From the IMG/VR virus record IMGVR_UViG_3300042544_001590, positions 1-64,000 of that record: 64,000 bases of DNA; one strand, 5' to 3'. The notes beneath the pieces were generated by a model, which made no database searches, was not told the origin of the DNA, and saw nothing but the letters and a program-made list of their open reading frames with translations. Position 1 is the first letter of the stretch, and every line of letters starts with the position of its first letter. The translations under genes were made by a program, and so were the position numbers. Shown here in pieces: positions 1-9,841 of the stretch.

Positions 1-241
1 TGCAATCAATACTGTAAAGATTCCCCAAAAATCACAGGAGAAAACGGTGGTATCCGATGCAATCAATACTGTAAAGATTCCCCAAAAATCACAGGAGAAA
101 ACGGTGGTATCCGATGCAATCAATACTGTAAAGATTCCCCAAAAATCACAGGAGAAAACGGTGGTATCCGATGCAATCAATACTGTAAAGATTCCCCAAA
201 AATCACAGGAGAAAACGGTGGTATCCGATGCAATCAATACT
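1..241 (+). repeat. 57-bp perfect tandem repeat (3 full units plus 2 partial), coding
   Basis: GTGGTATCCGATGCAATCAATACTGTAAAGATTCCCCAAAAATCACAGGAGAAAACG at 47, 104, 161; partial copies at 1 and 218. Confidence 0.95.
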
Positions 242-505
242 CCCAATAACTTACCAGTCGTTCAATCTGGAAATTCGCAGTCCTTGGAATTCCTCCGTAA
301 CATTGGTATGACGCAGATCAAGATTATGGGTGATATTAAGGGTATTGCAGCACAAATTCTGAAAAAAATGGATTCTAATATGGGGGGTGGAAATAGTAAT
401 ACCGTTGTTCCCGTTTCCCAATCCCCCTCTAATCAAAAATCAGCCCCAATATCAATGAATTCCAATCGTGGTGATTATGGTTCATCCGCTTACGCACTCG
501 CATAA
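1..505 (+). CDS. C-terminal part of a repeat-containing (probably tail/baseplate) protein, 5'-truncated by the window edge
   Basis: Frame carrying the 19-aa tandem repeat (VVSDAINTVKIPQKSQEKT) is open from the window edge to TAA at 503-505; adjacent to baseplate-like genes. Confidence 0.6.
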   Translation, partial: AINTVKIPQKSQEKTVVSDAINTVKIPQKSQEKTVVSDAINTVKIPQKSQEKTVVSDAINTVKIPQKSQEKTVVSDAINTPNNLPVVQSGNSQSLEFLRNIGMTQIKIMGDIKGIAAQILKKMDSNMGGGNSNTVVPVSQSPSNQKSAPISMNSNRGDYGSSAYALA

Positions 506-513
506 GTAATATC
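503..513 (+). promoter_or_regulatory. Late-type promoter candidate TAAGTA, 5 nt before ATG
   Basis: Same TAARTA-N5/6-start geometry at 4435(-), 15356(+), 21980(-), 62446(-); resembles the T4 gp55 TATAAATA box. Confidence 0.55.
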
Positions 514-1341
514 ATGGCTAAATCCTTTAATGTGGTTAGAGATTATGATTGGACAAGTATTCCACGGGGCAGTGTGTTGAGAAAAAACGCTCCAAGTGTT
601 ACGGTGAGATCATTTAAAATAAATTCCAGCGAATCTTTGAATCGCATTAAAAGTTATGTCAACGCAGCAGCGGCAGAAAACGCCGATGAATTTTATAATA
701 AATTATATGGGAATACTGATCCAGACGATACATTTATATTCCCCTTTTTGGGTGATGCCGTTCGGTCATTCAGCAATGAATATGGGGATACTTTCCAATC
801 AGCATTTTTAGGGGCGGTTGACTCCGCGTTGGGGGAAGCCACCAAGTTGTATGGGGAAGTGGGTACATATAAATTGGGGGAAAATGCTGGTAAATTCGCG
901 GACAATATAAAATCGGCAGATAATATAAAATCGGCAATAGCAAACGCTACCAAGGGGATGTCCACACACCCCGGATCATATGTTGAAACTCCTAAATTAT
1001 ACCAATATTCTCAAAATGATGCAGGATTGGAGGTATCGTTCGTATTGTCAAATACCATTGACGCGGATGGTGTGCAAAAAAATATCAATATGATCAATCG
1101 ACTTACAAGAATTAATCGACCATTTCGTAAAAATGGGATTATAATGGAACCACCAAGGATTTACGAAGTTAAAGTTCCGGGTATTAGATTTATAAGATGG
1201 GCTAGTTGTAGTAGTTTTTCAGTGCAGCTTCTAGGAGCTAGACAATTACATGATGGTGAAATCATACCAGAAGGATATCTTATCAGTATGACATTTACAT
1301 CTCTCACCACAGAAGTCTCTAACTTTATGGATAAAATATGA
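514..1341 (+). CDS. Baseplate/tail-tube cap protein (T4 gp48-like)
   Basis: Size, position upstream of a gp53-like gene, C-terminal PPRIYEVKVPG...MTFTSL pattern typical of tube-cap proteins. Confidence 0.5.
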   Translation: MAKSFNVVRDYDWTSIPRGSVLRKNAPSVTVRSFKINSSESLNRIKSYVNAAAAENADEFYNKLYGNTDPDDTFIFPFLGDAVRSFSNEYGDTFQSAFLGAVDSALGEATKLYGEVGTYKLGENAGKFADNIKSADNIKSAIANATKGMSTHPGSYVETPKLYQYSQNDAGLEVSFVLSNTIDADGVQKNINMINRLTRINRPFRKNGIIMEPPRIYEVKVPGIRFIRWASCSSFSVQLLGARQLHDGEIIPEGYLISMTFTSLTTEVSNFMDKI

Positions 1342-1739
1342 GCAACCAAATTGGTCAATACCAGAACCAGATTCCATCCTTATCAGCTTTGGATATTAAA
1401 AGCTATGAAAGGATATTCAAGGTCTATTATGATTCCATCAATGGAAAGGAATTCCCGTATTATAACATTCTCAAGAAGATTGAAATACCGGAATTGGATT
1501 CATCTGTGATCGAGTTCCACAATGTCCAAATCCGTCAACCCCTAACCACCATATCCCACAATGTTTATGGTGACATTCGCTCTTGGTGGATCATCTATCT
1601 TCTCAACAAGGATAAATTCACGGGAGTCCCTTTCTGGGTGGAAGGAGGAACGCAATTGAAGGTTCTCAAGACCGAATTGAGAACTCTTCTCTACTTGGAT
1701 ATCACCCAAAACACTATCTTTGGAGGACGACATTTCTGA
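1338..1739 (+). CDS. Baseplate wedge protein (T4 gp53-like, LysM-like)
   Basis: LTTISHNVYGDIRSWWIIYLLN matches the gp53 IS..vYG....WWiI..lN motif. Confidence 0.7.
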   Translation: MSNQIGQYQNQIPSLSALDIKSYERIFKVYYDSINGKEFPYYNILKKIEIPELDSSVIEFHNVQIRQPLTTISHNVYGDIRSWWIIYLLNKDKFTGVPFWVEGGTQLKVLKTELRTLLYLDITQNTIFGGRHF

Positions 1740-3052
1740 TGAGTGATATTTATAAAATTAATGATGTCAATTATGACTGCGAATTCAAGCTCAAGAATCC
1801 TGATGGGCAGGAAGTCAAATTCACCAAATCCGCTTTGCGGGGGTTGACGATCACGGATAATTTCTTCAATCCATTTTTGGTTGGATCGGTGTCGATTGCT
1901 AATCCCTATGATCTGGTGGAGGATAAGTATCTTCTCAGGGGAGATGGTAGGGATGTGTTTTCCATGGAAATATTTCCTGAAGACAAACCGGAAGATAAGT
2001 TAAAATATGATTTTATTTTATTTTCCGAAGAGAATTTCGGCAATCCTGAAGTCCGTTCCGAGAATATCAAGAAATTCTCTATGGTTCATAAGGACTCTCT
2101 TCCATTCATGGACACCATTCCCTATGGTAAATCATTTTCTGGTAAAGCAGGAGATATTCTAAAGGATATTTTCAAAGAATTGGTTGGGGAAGACATGGTT
2201 GATGAAGAGGAATGGCAAAGTGGTGATTTTACCCTAACATATCACCCTCCCCTGACATTCCGTTACATGGATTTGATGAATTATCTTTTAAAACATTATT
2301 ATGCCAAGGATGGGGATATGTATGTGAAGGGGTTCATCCATTTCAATGAAGAAAACGGTAAATATCAACTTCGTTTACTTTCCAAGATATTTGAGAAAAA
2401 TAAAGATAATGTGATGGAAGCATTCACCTTGTCTGATTTTGCCGATGTGGGGGATACATCCAATGATAACAACCCCCCGCCCGATGCAGAGGTTAGTGAG
2501 TATAACAGCGGTATCAAGAACATTGGTTATTCAACCCCCATGTATGATATCAACAACGATTTCTTCATCAACACTGTGGTATATGGATATGATCCAATTC
2601 TAGGCATCCACAAGACAAGGATCAAGAAGCTGGAAGACATTGAAAAGCAATGGGAGAAGAAATTCGTCAAATCTTTCAAGGCAATTGGGGGAGAACCCAA
2701 ACCATTCGTTGTAAAAAATAAAAATACAAAACAGAAATTCCGACATTTCCGTTCTCCCTATCCAGTGGAGGATTCGGAGAAGATGGTGGAAGCTGAAATG
2801 ATCAATACCCTAACATTTTATAATTTAAGGGCAATCTTCGCCAATCTTGGTTCTGCCAACAGAGAGGGTGGTAAGTTTATTGATATTGTCAAGGTGGGGG
2901 AAGGCAAGCAGAAAAGCGATGAAAAGCTGCTTGGAAGGTGGTTTGTCCATGAATTGAGACACATTTTTTTAGGAGACGGTTACACGAATGAATTTTCGTG
3001 CTGCAAAACATATGGTGGTCCAAATTTAAAAATTGATAAAGAAGCTGAATAA
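1739..3052 (+). CDS. Putative baseplate hub / tail protein
   Basis: 437 aa after gp53-like gene; ITDNFFNPFLVGSVSI start and GRWFVHELRHIF end as in hub-type proteins. Confidence 0.5.
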   Translation: MSDIYKINDVNYDCEFKLKNPDGQEVKFTKSALRGLTITDNFFNPFLVGSVSIANPYDLVEDKYLLRGDGRDVFSMEIFPEDKPEDKLKYDFILFSEENFGNPEVRSENIKKFSMVHKDSLPFMDTIPYGKSFSGKAGDILKDIFKELVGEDMVDEEEWQSGDFTLTYHPPLTFRYMDLMNYLLKHYYAKDGDMYVKGFIHFNEENGKYQLRLLSKIFEKNKDNVMEAFTLSDFADVGDTSNDNNPPPDAEVSEYNSGIKNIGYSTPMYDINNDFFINTVVYGYDPILGIHKTRIKKLEDIEKQWEKKFVKSFKAIGGEPKPFVVKNKNTKQKFRHFRSPYPVEDSEKMVEAEMINTLTFYNLRAIFANLGSANREGGKFIDIVKVGEGKQKSDEKLLGRWFVHELRHIFLGDGYTNEFSCCKTYGGPNLKIDKEAE

Positions 3053-3054
3053 TT

Positions 3055-3966
3055 ATGAGATCGAATATTGATGTTCTTAGAGCTTTGTGCTTTTCCAAGG
3101 AAGATTTGGAGCAAATCCAAAATCTGGGAGATCAATTCACTGAAAAAGAGATTGAATTCATGATTGAGTTCAAAAAGATTTATGAATTGGGGTTGAACCA
3201 ATTGGAGAAATTCATCAACAAGTTGGATGAAGAGGGGAAGGATTTGGAGACATGGGATATTGATTACTATGTGAGACATCTTCTCAATGGTCCCCTTGCA
3301 GCCCAAACACAGGAATTATCCAAAGATAAAAAATATTTCGTAACAATTCCTGATATTCTTGGGGTTCTCGGTAATAACCAATCCACCCGCCATAACACCA
3401 CACTTTACACTGATGATATCGTTGCCTTGGACGTTCCAGTGGACGTTTACAATAAAACGCCGGAATTTACCCAGAAAAATATTATAAATTCCAATGATCA
3501 GGTGGAGCGAATGTTCCGTTCATCCATGGGGATGGCTGTGATTCATGACAACACCCTCCCGATAGTTGATAAGAAGCCACAGGATCGCTACAGCGAGGAG
3601 AAGACCGGGAAGTGGGTAACTAAGTCAAACGGTAGTTATGCCGTCAAGGATTCGTTCTGGCGCGTCAAATTGGAGGATGTGCGCCAACAGGTGTTTGATA
3701 AGGTGAAAGAGATGATTGAGGAAGAACATTATCGTATATTCGAGGATCGCAAAACCTATACACCATTTGATTCCGATAAGAACGATTCGGTTGCCACCGC
3801 TTACGAAATTGAAAAGATCGTCATTGATGGTGATAAGGAAGAAACCTTCAAATTGGATGTCTATGGGGATGTTTACGACACCCGCGACACCATTCTCAAG
3901 GTTGAGAATCCTGAGAAGAACAAGGAATACCTATTGAACACCGTGGAAGGTCAATTCGGGATTTAA
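3055..3966 (+). CDS. Hypothetical protein
   Basis: 303-aa ORF starting 2 nt after the previous stop. Confidence 0.7.
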   Translation: MRSNIDVLRALCFSKEDLEQIQNLGDQFTEKEIEFMIEFKKIYELGLNQLEKFINKLDEEGKDLETWDIDYYVRHLLNGPLAAQTQELSKDKKYFVTIPDILGVLGNNQSTRHNTTLYTDDIVALDVPVDVYNKTPEFTQKNIINSNDQVERMFRSSMGMAVIHDNTLPIVDKKPQDRYSEEKTGKWVTKSNGSYAVKDSFWRVKLEDVRQQVFDKVKEMIEEEHYRIFEDRKTYTPFDSDKNDSVATAYEIEKIVIDGDKEETFKLDVYGDVYDTRDTILKVENPEKNKEYLLNTVEGQFGI

Positions 3967-4424
3967 ACGTCCACAACCGTTGGTTCTTCTTTCTTTTCCA
4001 AAAGTTTCAGAATATCATTTCTGGTGAACGTGAGCTTGGGAGTGTTTTCATCCTCTTCGTTCTTGGTGACTTTCGCATCAATGTTCATCTGGGTGATTTC
4101 CTTCTGAGCCTTGATTTTATCTTCCGCATTCTTGAATTTCAACACTGTTTCCAAGGCGGATGTTGTGGATTTGGTGTGCGCTGAATAAGCCTCAAGCATC
4201 TTGGGGTCAGCACTGGCAATCACATCGTCTTTCATTTTTTCCATCACATCCACGGAATGGGCAATCACCTTCGCGGCGTTTTGTAACAATACTTCCGCCA
4301 TGTTTTCCCTTGTCAATTCAGGAACTTCTGTTTCCTGTTTGGGAAAATTATTGGATTTGTTTCTGAGTTGTGAAATAATATCATTCACTTCATCATCCAA
4401 ATCTTCGTCATCGTCGTAATCCAT
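3963..4424 (-). CDS. Possible terminase small subunit (T4 gp16-like)
   Basis: Helical 153 aa with ASADPKMLEAYSAHTKS and TFTRNDILKLL, reminiscent of gp16; preceded by TAAATA-N5-ATG. Confidence 0.4.
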   Translation of the reverse strand: MDYDDDEDLDDEVNDIISQLRNKSNNFPKQETEVPELTRENMAEVLLQNAAKVIAHSVDVMEKMKDDVIASADPKMLEAYSAHTKSTTSALETVLKFKNAEDKIKAQKEITQMNIDAKVTKNEEDENTPKLTFTRNDILKLLEKKEEPTVVDV

Positions 4425-4438
4425 AGTGATATTTAGGG

Positions 4439-4466
4439 TTGACTTCCATTACTTCAAGGGTAAAGT
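4439..4466 (+). promoter_or_regulatory. sigma70-like promoter TTGACT-N16-TAAAGT
   Basis: Directly upstream of rmlB ATG 4477. Confidence 0.45.
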
Positions 4467-4476
4467 AAAGGAAATT

Positions 4477-5439
4477 ATGGTTAATTTAAACGGAAAGACG
4501 ATATTGGTTACGGGAGGTGCTGGATTTATTGGAAGTAATTTTATTGAATATATTTTATCTCATTATTCTTTTTTAACTCTTATTAATATTGACAAGATGG
4601 GGATCGGTTCAAGACACCTAGAATTTAAACCAAAGCTTGACGGTAACGATTTCTTCAATATTAAAGAAGATATTAGGGGGATTTATAAGTTATATTCAAC
4701 AAACCCAATCAAAATTGATTATGTCTTCCATTTCGCAGCGGAATCTCACGTTGATAGATCGATAGCTGGTGCTTATGATTTTGTTGATAATAATGTTTTG
4801 GGGATGACCCGATTGTTGGAATGGATTAAAGAATGTCAACCACAAGCCAGAGTCATCAATATATCCACGGATGAAGTGTTTGGTCATCTGGAAAAGCATG
4901 GAGCACCTTTCAACGAGAATTGCAAATTCGCCCCCCGTAGCCCATACGCGGCATCCAAGGCATCTGCCGATCTGATCGCCAATTCGTATGTCACCACTTA
5001 TGGATTGGATATCATCACCACCCATTGTTGCAACAATTTCGGTAAACATCAGGCGGATGAAAAATTCATCCCCACGGTGATTCGGAACATGGTTTGGGGT
5101 AACAAGATTCCGGTCTATGGAACGGGAGAGAATATCCGTGAATGGATTCATGTGGACGATCATAACAAATCCCTTTTGGAAATCGCAGAGGGGGGTAGGG
5201 CTGGTTATCGTTACAATATTGGATCAAAGGTGGAGAAGACAAATCTGGAAATGATAGTTGACATTGCTGAAATTCTTGGTAAGGTAGCTGATATTGAATA
5301 CGTGGAAGACAGAAAAGGACATGATTTCCGATATGCGATTGATAGTCTCAATTACCGTAGGCAATTTGAATTGCGGGATCATTCCGAATCTTTGAGAGAG
5401 ACTGTGAACCACTATAAAGAGCAATATTCTACTAAATAA
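4477..5439 (+). CDS. rmlB: dTDP-glucose 4,6-dehydratase (extended SDR)
   Basis: VTGGAGFIGSN, HFAAESHVDRSI, ISTDEV, SPYAASKAS, EKFIP, REWIHVDDH, DRKGHDFRYA. Confidence 0.93.
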   Translation: MVNLNGKTILVTGGAGFIGSNFIEYILSHYSFLTLINIDKMGIGSRHLEFKPKLDGNDFFNIKEDIRGIYKLYSTNPIKIDYVFHFAAESHVDRSIAGAYDFVDNNVLGMTRLLEWIKECQPQARVINISTDEVFGHLEKHGAPFNENCKFAPRSPYAASKASADLIANSYVTTYGLDIITTHCCNNFGKHQADEKFIPTVIRNMVWGNKIPVYGTGENIREWIHVDDHNKSLLEIAEGGRAGYRYNIGSKVEKTNLEMIVDIAEILGKVADIEYVEDRKGHDFRYAIDSLNYRRQFELRDHSESLRETVNHYKEQYSTK

Positions 5440-5458
5440 TATAGACTGAAATAACAAT

Positions 5459-6535
5459 ATGGACGTAAAAACAGAAGTAGTAAAAGCACGGGTTGAAAAG
5501 GGATGGAGTTATCCCATGATCTTTGACACGTATGGAGTTCCCAAAAGCACAGCCCAAGATTGGGTGAAAAAATATGCAGCAGAAAGTGATGAAGAAGAAT
5601 CCTCAACTCCTTACGAGGAATATAAACAAGGATATGTGAACGAAAATCTCCAGAGGGACAAGCCCAAGAAACCCAAGAAATCCGAAGAGGAGATTATGGA
5701 ATTCCTCTCGCAACTTGCTCCAATCCAAGTTCATAGTGGCTATACAGTAGCTCCTTCCAATCTGAATGATTATGCTGTTGTTGGGTCTGATTTCCATTTT
5801 GGGTGTCACGACGAAGCAGCTATTAATATTTTTCTCTATACCATTGAGGAATTGAAACCCAAAACAATCGTTCTCAATGGTGATACCATGGATATGCTCG
5901 CCATCTCCCGCTATCCCAAGGATATCAAAAAACAGTGGAGTCTTCAGGATGAAAGAATTGCATATCATGAATTTTTGGATAACCTCATTGCTGTTTCGGG
6001 CGGTGCTAAGATTTATGAAACGGTATCAAATCACAGCGGACAATCCATTGATGGTAGATGGAGACGCTATCTATCGGAGCGTCTTGGGGAACTCGCGTCA
6101 TTACCAGATATTACGGATAAGCTGAGTTATCAGAACGTGTTCATGGGTGATTATCAGGAGCATGTGGAGCATGTTGATTATGTTGATCTGAACGGGTTGA
6201 TTGTGACACATGGTACGACCGTGCGTGGGGCTGGGGGGGCTTCTGCTAAGGGAGAGATTGAAAAATGGACTACCAGTATCATGCATGGACATACCCACAG
6301 GATTGGAAGCTCATGCAAGAGAATACCAGCTTTTGGTAATCGCCCCGATAGTCAAATTTACGGTTTTGAGGGTGGATGTTTGGGGAGTCTTGATGCGGTT
6401 TATTCATCTACCGCAAATTGGCAACAGGGATTTAACATTGTAGCTCTCGGGGATGAATCTTTTGGTGTTGAGCAAATCATGATCAACAACGGAATTGCTA
6501 ACGTTTCCACACTTGGACAGACTATTAGGGGATAA
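5459..6535 (+). CDS. Calcineurin-like metallophosphoesterase with N-terminal HTH
   Basis: SDFH, NGD..D, SNH, THG, HGHTH motifs; YGVPKSTAQDWVKKY HTH. Confidence 0.8.
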   Translation: MDVKTEVVKARVEKGWSYPMIFDTYGVPKSTAQDWVKKYAAESDEEESSTPYEEYKQGYVNENLQRDKPKKPKKSEEEIMEFLSQLAPIQVHSGYTVAPSNLNDYAVVGSDFHFGCHDEAAINIFLYTIEELKPKTIVLNGDTMDMLAISRYPKDIKKQWSLQDERIAYHEFLDNLIAVSGGAKIYETVSNHSGQSIDGRWRRYLSERLGELASLPDITDKLSYQNVFMGDYQEHVEHVDYVDLNGLIVTHGTTVRGAGGASAKGEIEKWTTSIMHGHTHRIGSSCKRIPAFGNRPDSQIYGFEGGCLGSLDAVYSSTANWQQGFNIVALGDESFGVEQIMINNGIANVSTLGQTIRG

Positions 6536-7401
6536 TGGAGTCGTTTTCAACATTCTTTGAAAGGCGTGAGCGCAACCCTCTTCGTAAGAAAGAATTGGAG
6601 GGATCGTCCACTCATCACGATTGGGTGGAATATGATAAGAATAATCTGGAACCTGAAGATAATAAAAAAATCCGTAAGATGGAAAAGCTTGGGGTGGAAC
6701 CCGAACGCATCCAAACATGGAAAGATTATAAATTAAAGGAGAAAGAGAATCAGCTTAAACACGATTATTATAGGACTAAAATTGATGAACCAACCCTAAT
6801 ATTGGATATTTTTGGTATCAAGGTTTATACCGATCAATACACATCCTATAATTTTTCTAAAGATTCTGTAAATCTCGAAAAGGCTGAAAACACGGTCAGG
6901 GAAATTGTTCGAGATTATAAGGATATCATACCCAACCGAAAACCAAAATTTATCATCACCGATACCAGTAAAAACCCCTATACCAAGGGGGTGAATATTA
7001 CGGGAAGTGGGGATGATCCGGCTGGAGTGTATAGGGATCGTCTCATTTACATTGATCAAATGAGTTCTGATAAATATAAAATTTATATCCACGAATACGC
7101 TCATTTTCTAGAAAATCGTGTTTCCAAGCAGGTTGAAAAATTTCTCCAAGAAGAATATAAGAAAATGTTGGACGGATTCTTTCGATCCATCAAACAGAGA
7201 AAACGGGAAAATCTGGAAGGTGTTGAGAACGAAAAATACCGAAAAGCAATTGCCAAGAAGCTGGGATTACCCACGGATTATGCCGCTGCCAACCATTCCG
7301 AGTGGTTTGCCGAACTGATCGCACACTGGAAGAACATGCCGAACAACAAGGCGACATATCGTTTTAGACAAGTAATGAAAAAAATAATTAATAGACTGTG
7401 A
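6535..7401 (+). CDS. Putative zinc metallopeptidase (HExxH), possibly virion-internal
   Basis: IHEYAHFLE plus SEWFAE third ligand; MESFSTFFE N-terminus. Confidence 0.55.
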   Translation: MESFSTFFERRERNPLRKKELEGSSTHHDWVEYDKNNLEPEDNKKIRKMEKLGVEPERIQTWKDYKLKEKENQLKHDYYRTKIDEPTLILDIFGIKVYTDQYTSYNFSKDSVNLEKAENTVREIVRDYKDIIPNRKPKFIITDTSKNPYTKGVNITGSGDDPAGVYRDRLIYIDQMSSDKYKIYIHEYAHFLENRVSKQVEKFLQEEYKKMLDGFFRSIKQRKRENLEGVENEKYRKAIAKKLGLPTDYAAANHSEWFAELIAHWKNMPNNKATYRFRQVMKKIINRL

Positions 7402-7600
7402 TGAGTGAGAAATATGAAGCGGTAATCGGGGGTTATACCTTTCTGATGAAGGATGACGGGGTGATTGAGGTATGGGCAGGGTTGGATAGCGAATATCCAG
7501 AATCCTTCATATATGTGAAGGATGGGAGCGTTTTAGATCGGAAATCTTTTGAGATGGAGATCATGGATTTTTGCCTTAAAAACTAGAATATAATTGTGGC

Positions 7601-7781
7601 ATGAACGAACGAAGAACTGAAAGAAGAACTCCAGAAAATGAATGACGAAGACCTGTTTTATTTTTTAAGAGAGGTTTTAACTGATCGTGTCATGGAATGG
7701 GCTGAAACCACTACTTATTATAATGAGCCGACATCTAATGCTAAATTAGCGGTAATTAAGCACATTCTGTGTGCTTATTAA
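7601..7781 (+). pseudogene. Small module gene with a +1 frameshift just after the start
   Basis: ATG at the canonical module position gives only 14 aa; removing one base (ATGAACG to ATGACG) opens a ~59-aa ORF ending at the TAA of the next module. Confidence 0.5.
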
Positions 7782-7802
7782 AAACTAGGATACAATCGAC
7801 CC

Positions 7803-8525
7803 ATGACTAAAATTGAATTTTCCGACGAACACCTTCGGGTGATGATGACTGCCTTGGAAGTGTATTCCAGACTGAGGGCTGGACAGATCAGGATCGCCAT
7901 GGATGAGGCATTCCGTGATATGAGCTTGTCTTGGAAAGAATTGGAATCCATTGAAAAATTTGTAAGGGGTATCTTGTATCCAGAACCCGTGGAACTGAAA
8001 TACGATGGACATGGGGGGTATTATGATCAATATGGCCGAACTTACGGAGAAGATGGGGAAATGGATGACACCCAAATGTCTTGGGAGGATAAAGAGCGTT
8101 TGAAGCGTTCTGAATTACATGGTAATTATGGGGTGTGTCACAAAGAGATGATCAAGAGTGGGGGGACATTGGCATACGAAATCTATTCCACGCTGCGTCA
8201 ATATGTCTCTCTGAAAAATAATGATGGATACGAAGCGGTGGGGGTGAATTATCTTGATCCTTTGCAAATCACCGAAGTTCCCCTGCCAAGGATTGAAGGA
8301 TTCACCGCCGAAAAGCGATTCCCCATCAAAGATAAGAAGACTGTGGTGAAACTTGAAAACGCAATGGAATTACATAAGGATTTTTCCAAATGTTGGGAAA
8401 TTGTTGGGGAATATCTTAAAAATAAATACCCAGAATTGGATGACTATTCCCAAGCAAGGATTGAAAGAAAAGATAATCATTACGTGGTGATTGTTAAGGG
8501 AGCTAGAAAGAAAAAAGATGAATAA
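7803..8525 (+). CDS. Hypothetical protein
   Basis: 240 aa; ATG exactly at module +1. Confidence 0.8.
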   Translation: MTKIEFSDEHLRVMMTALEVYSRLRAGQIRIAMDEAFRDMSLSWKELESIEKFVRGILYPEPVELKYDGHGGYYDQYGRTYGEDGEMDDTQMSWEDKERLKRSELHGNYGVCHKEMIKSGGTLAYEIYSTLRQYVSLKNNDGYEAVGVNYLDPLQITEVPLPRIEGFTAEKRFPIKDKKTVVKLENAMELHKDFSKCWEIVGEYLKNKYPELDDYSQARIERKDNHYVVIVKGARKKKDE

Positions 8526-8925
8526 AAGAATTATAATTTTAAGAGGAACCCAAAATTCTGGTAAAAGCACAGTTGCGAAGCTGTTTGGAGAAAATTCAAT
8601 AATCTGCTGTGCTGATGATTACTTCACAGACAATTGGGGTAATTATAATTTTGATCCCAATCTTCTGGGAGTTGCACATAGAATCTGTCGGGAAAAATTC
8701 GTGGATGCTTTAGATGATCCTGATATTGATACCATCGTGGTAGCCAATACAAATGCGACACAGAAGGACTTTCAATTTTATATTGACTCTGCGGAACAAC
8801 ATGGTAATATGGTGTTCTCACTGGTGGTAGAACGCCGACACGATAACCACAACAATCATAACGTGCCACAAGAGGCGATTGATCGTTGTGAACAGAATAT
8901 CAGAAACACATTAAAATTAAAATAA
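8518..8925 (+). CDS. P-loop kinase (AAA_33 / polynucleotide-kinase-like)
   Basis: IIILRGTQNSGKST Walker A, CADDYF, VVANTN, HNVP. Confidence 0.8.
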   Translation: MNKRIIILRGTQNSGKSTVAKLFGENSIICCADDYFTDNWGNYNFDPNLLGVAHRICREKFVDALDDPDIDTIVVANTNATQKDFQFYIDSAEQHGNMVFSLVVERRHDNHNNHNVPQEAIDRCEQNIRNTLKLK

Positions 8926-8926
8926 T

Positions 8927-9598
8927 ATGACAGGAGAAGAATGGGACAAAGACTTTAAGCAATCCTCAAAATTCATACAAGACTTGTCAATGGATTTTTC
9001 TTGGGTTGAGTGGGGAGAAGGCTCAATGAGCATATCACACGTTCCCAAGGGATGGGAGAAGATCATTCGCAATCTCTTTGGAGCGATCAACCAGTATTCC
9101 AAAACGAAAATTTATTATCTGGAAGATACTCCAATGAAGCGTTTCAAATTCTGGTGGAATGGTAAGATTTGGGATGTGTCGAAATTCGTTAGCAAGGTTC
9201 TGAAACCAACCCAAAGACTTTATCCAAGTGATAAACCACAAATGATTTTTCCTGAGATGCAGAAAAAGATTGAAGCTACCTCTTGGTGGAAATGGGAAAA
9301 TCGACTTCGAAAGTTGCTTGGTAAAATGCGATTCGATTTCACGAAATATGAGAGAACCCGATACCCCAATCCAGTCACTATAGAACAGGTGAAATCAAAA
9401 TTTGCGAATTTACGCTGTTATGTTAGTGGTGGGGATGATATTATCAGAGGTATGATCCGTTTGGCAGAATATCAAGCATCCCAAACCTGTGAAGTGACGG
9501 GCAATGCTGGTGTGTTCTGTGTCAATGAGCGGGGGTGGTATCGAACTCTTTCCAAGGCAAAAGCCAAGGAATTGAGATTCCAGCCTGTTAAAAACTAG
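8927..9598 (+). CDS. Hypothetical phage protein
   Basis: QVKSKFANLRCY...TCEVTG..G...GWYRTL C-terminal domain common in phages. Confidence 0.7.
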   Translation: MTGEEWDKDFKQSSKFIQDLSMDFSWVEWGEGSMSISHVPKGWEKIIRNLFGAINQYSKTKIYYLEDTPMKRFKFWWNGKIWDVSKFVSKVLKPTQRLYPSDKPQMIFPEMQKKIEATSWWKWENRLRKLLGKMRFDFTKYERTRYPNPVTIEQVKSKFANLRCYVSGGDDIIRGMIRLAEYQASQTCEVTGNAGVFCVNERGWYRTLSKAKAKELRFQPVKN

Positions 9599-9841
9599 GA
9601 TACAATAAGGGCATGAAATTATATAAAGTTGAGATGACGTTTGAAACAGTGGTATTGGCTGAAAGTAGCCAAGCTGCTGAAAGAGAAGCCCGTTACAACA
9701 TTGGGGAAGAAGACCCGATTGAGTGTTATATATTCGGTATCAGAGCATTGGGTGATCTACCCGATCAATGGGATGGGGATTGCATACCGTGGGGTGGTGG
9801 ACATAATGTGAAACAACATACAATTAAACAAATTTTGGAAA

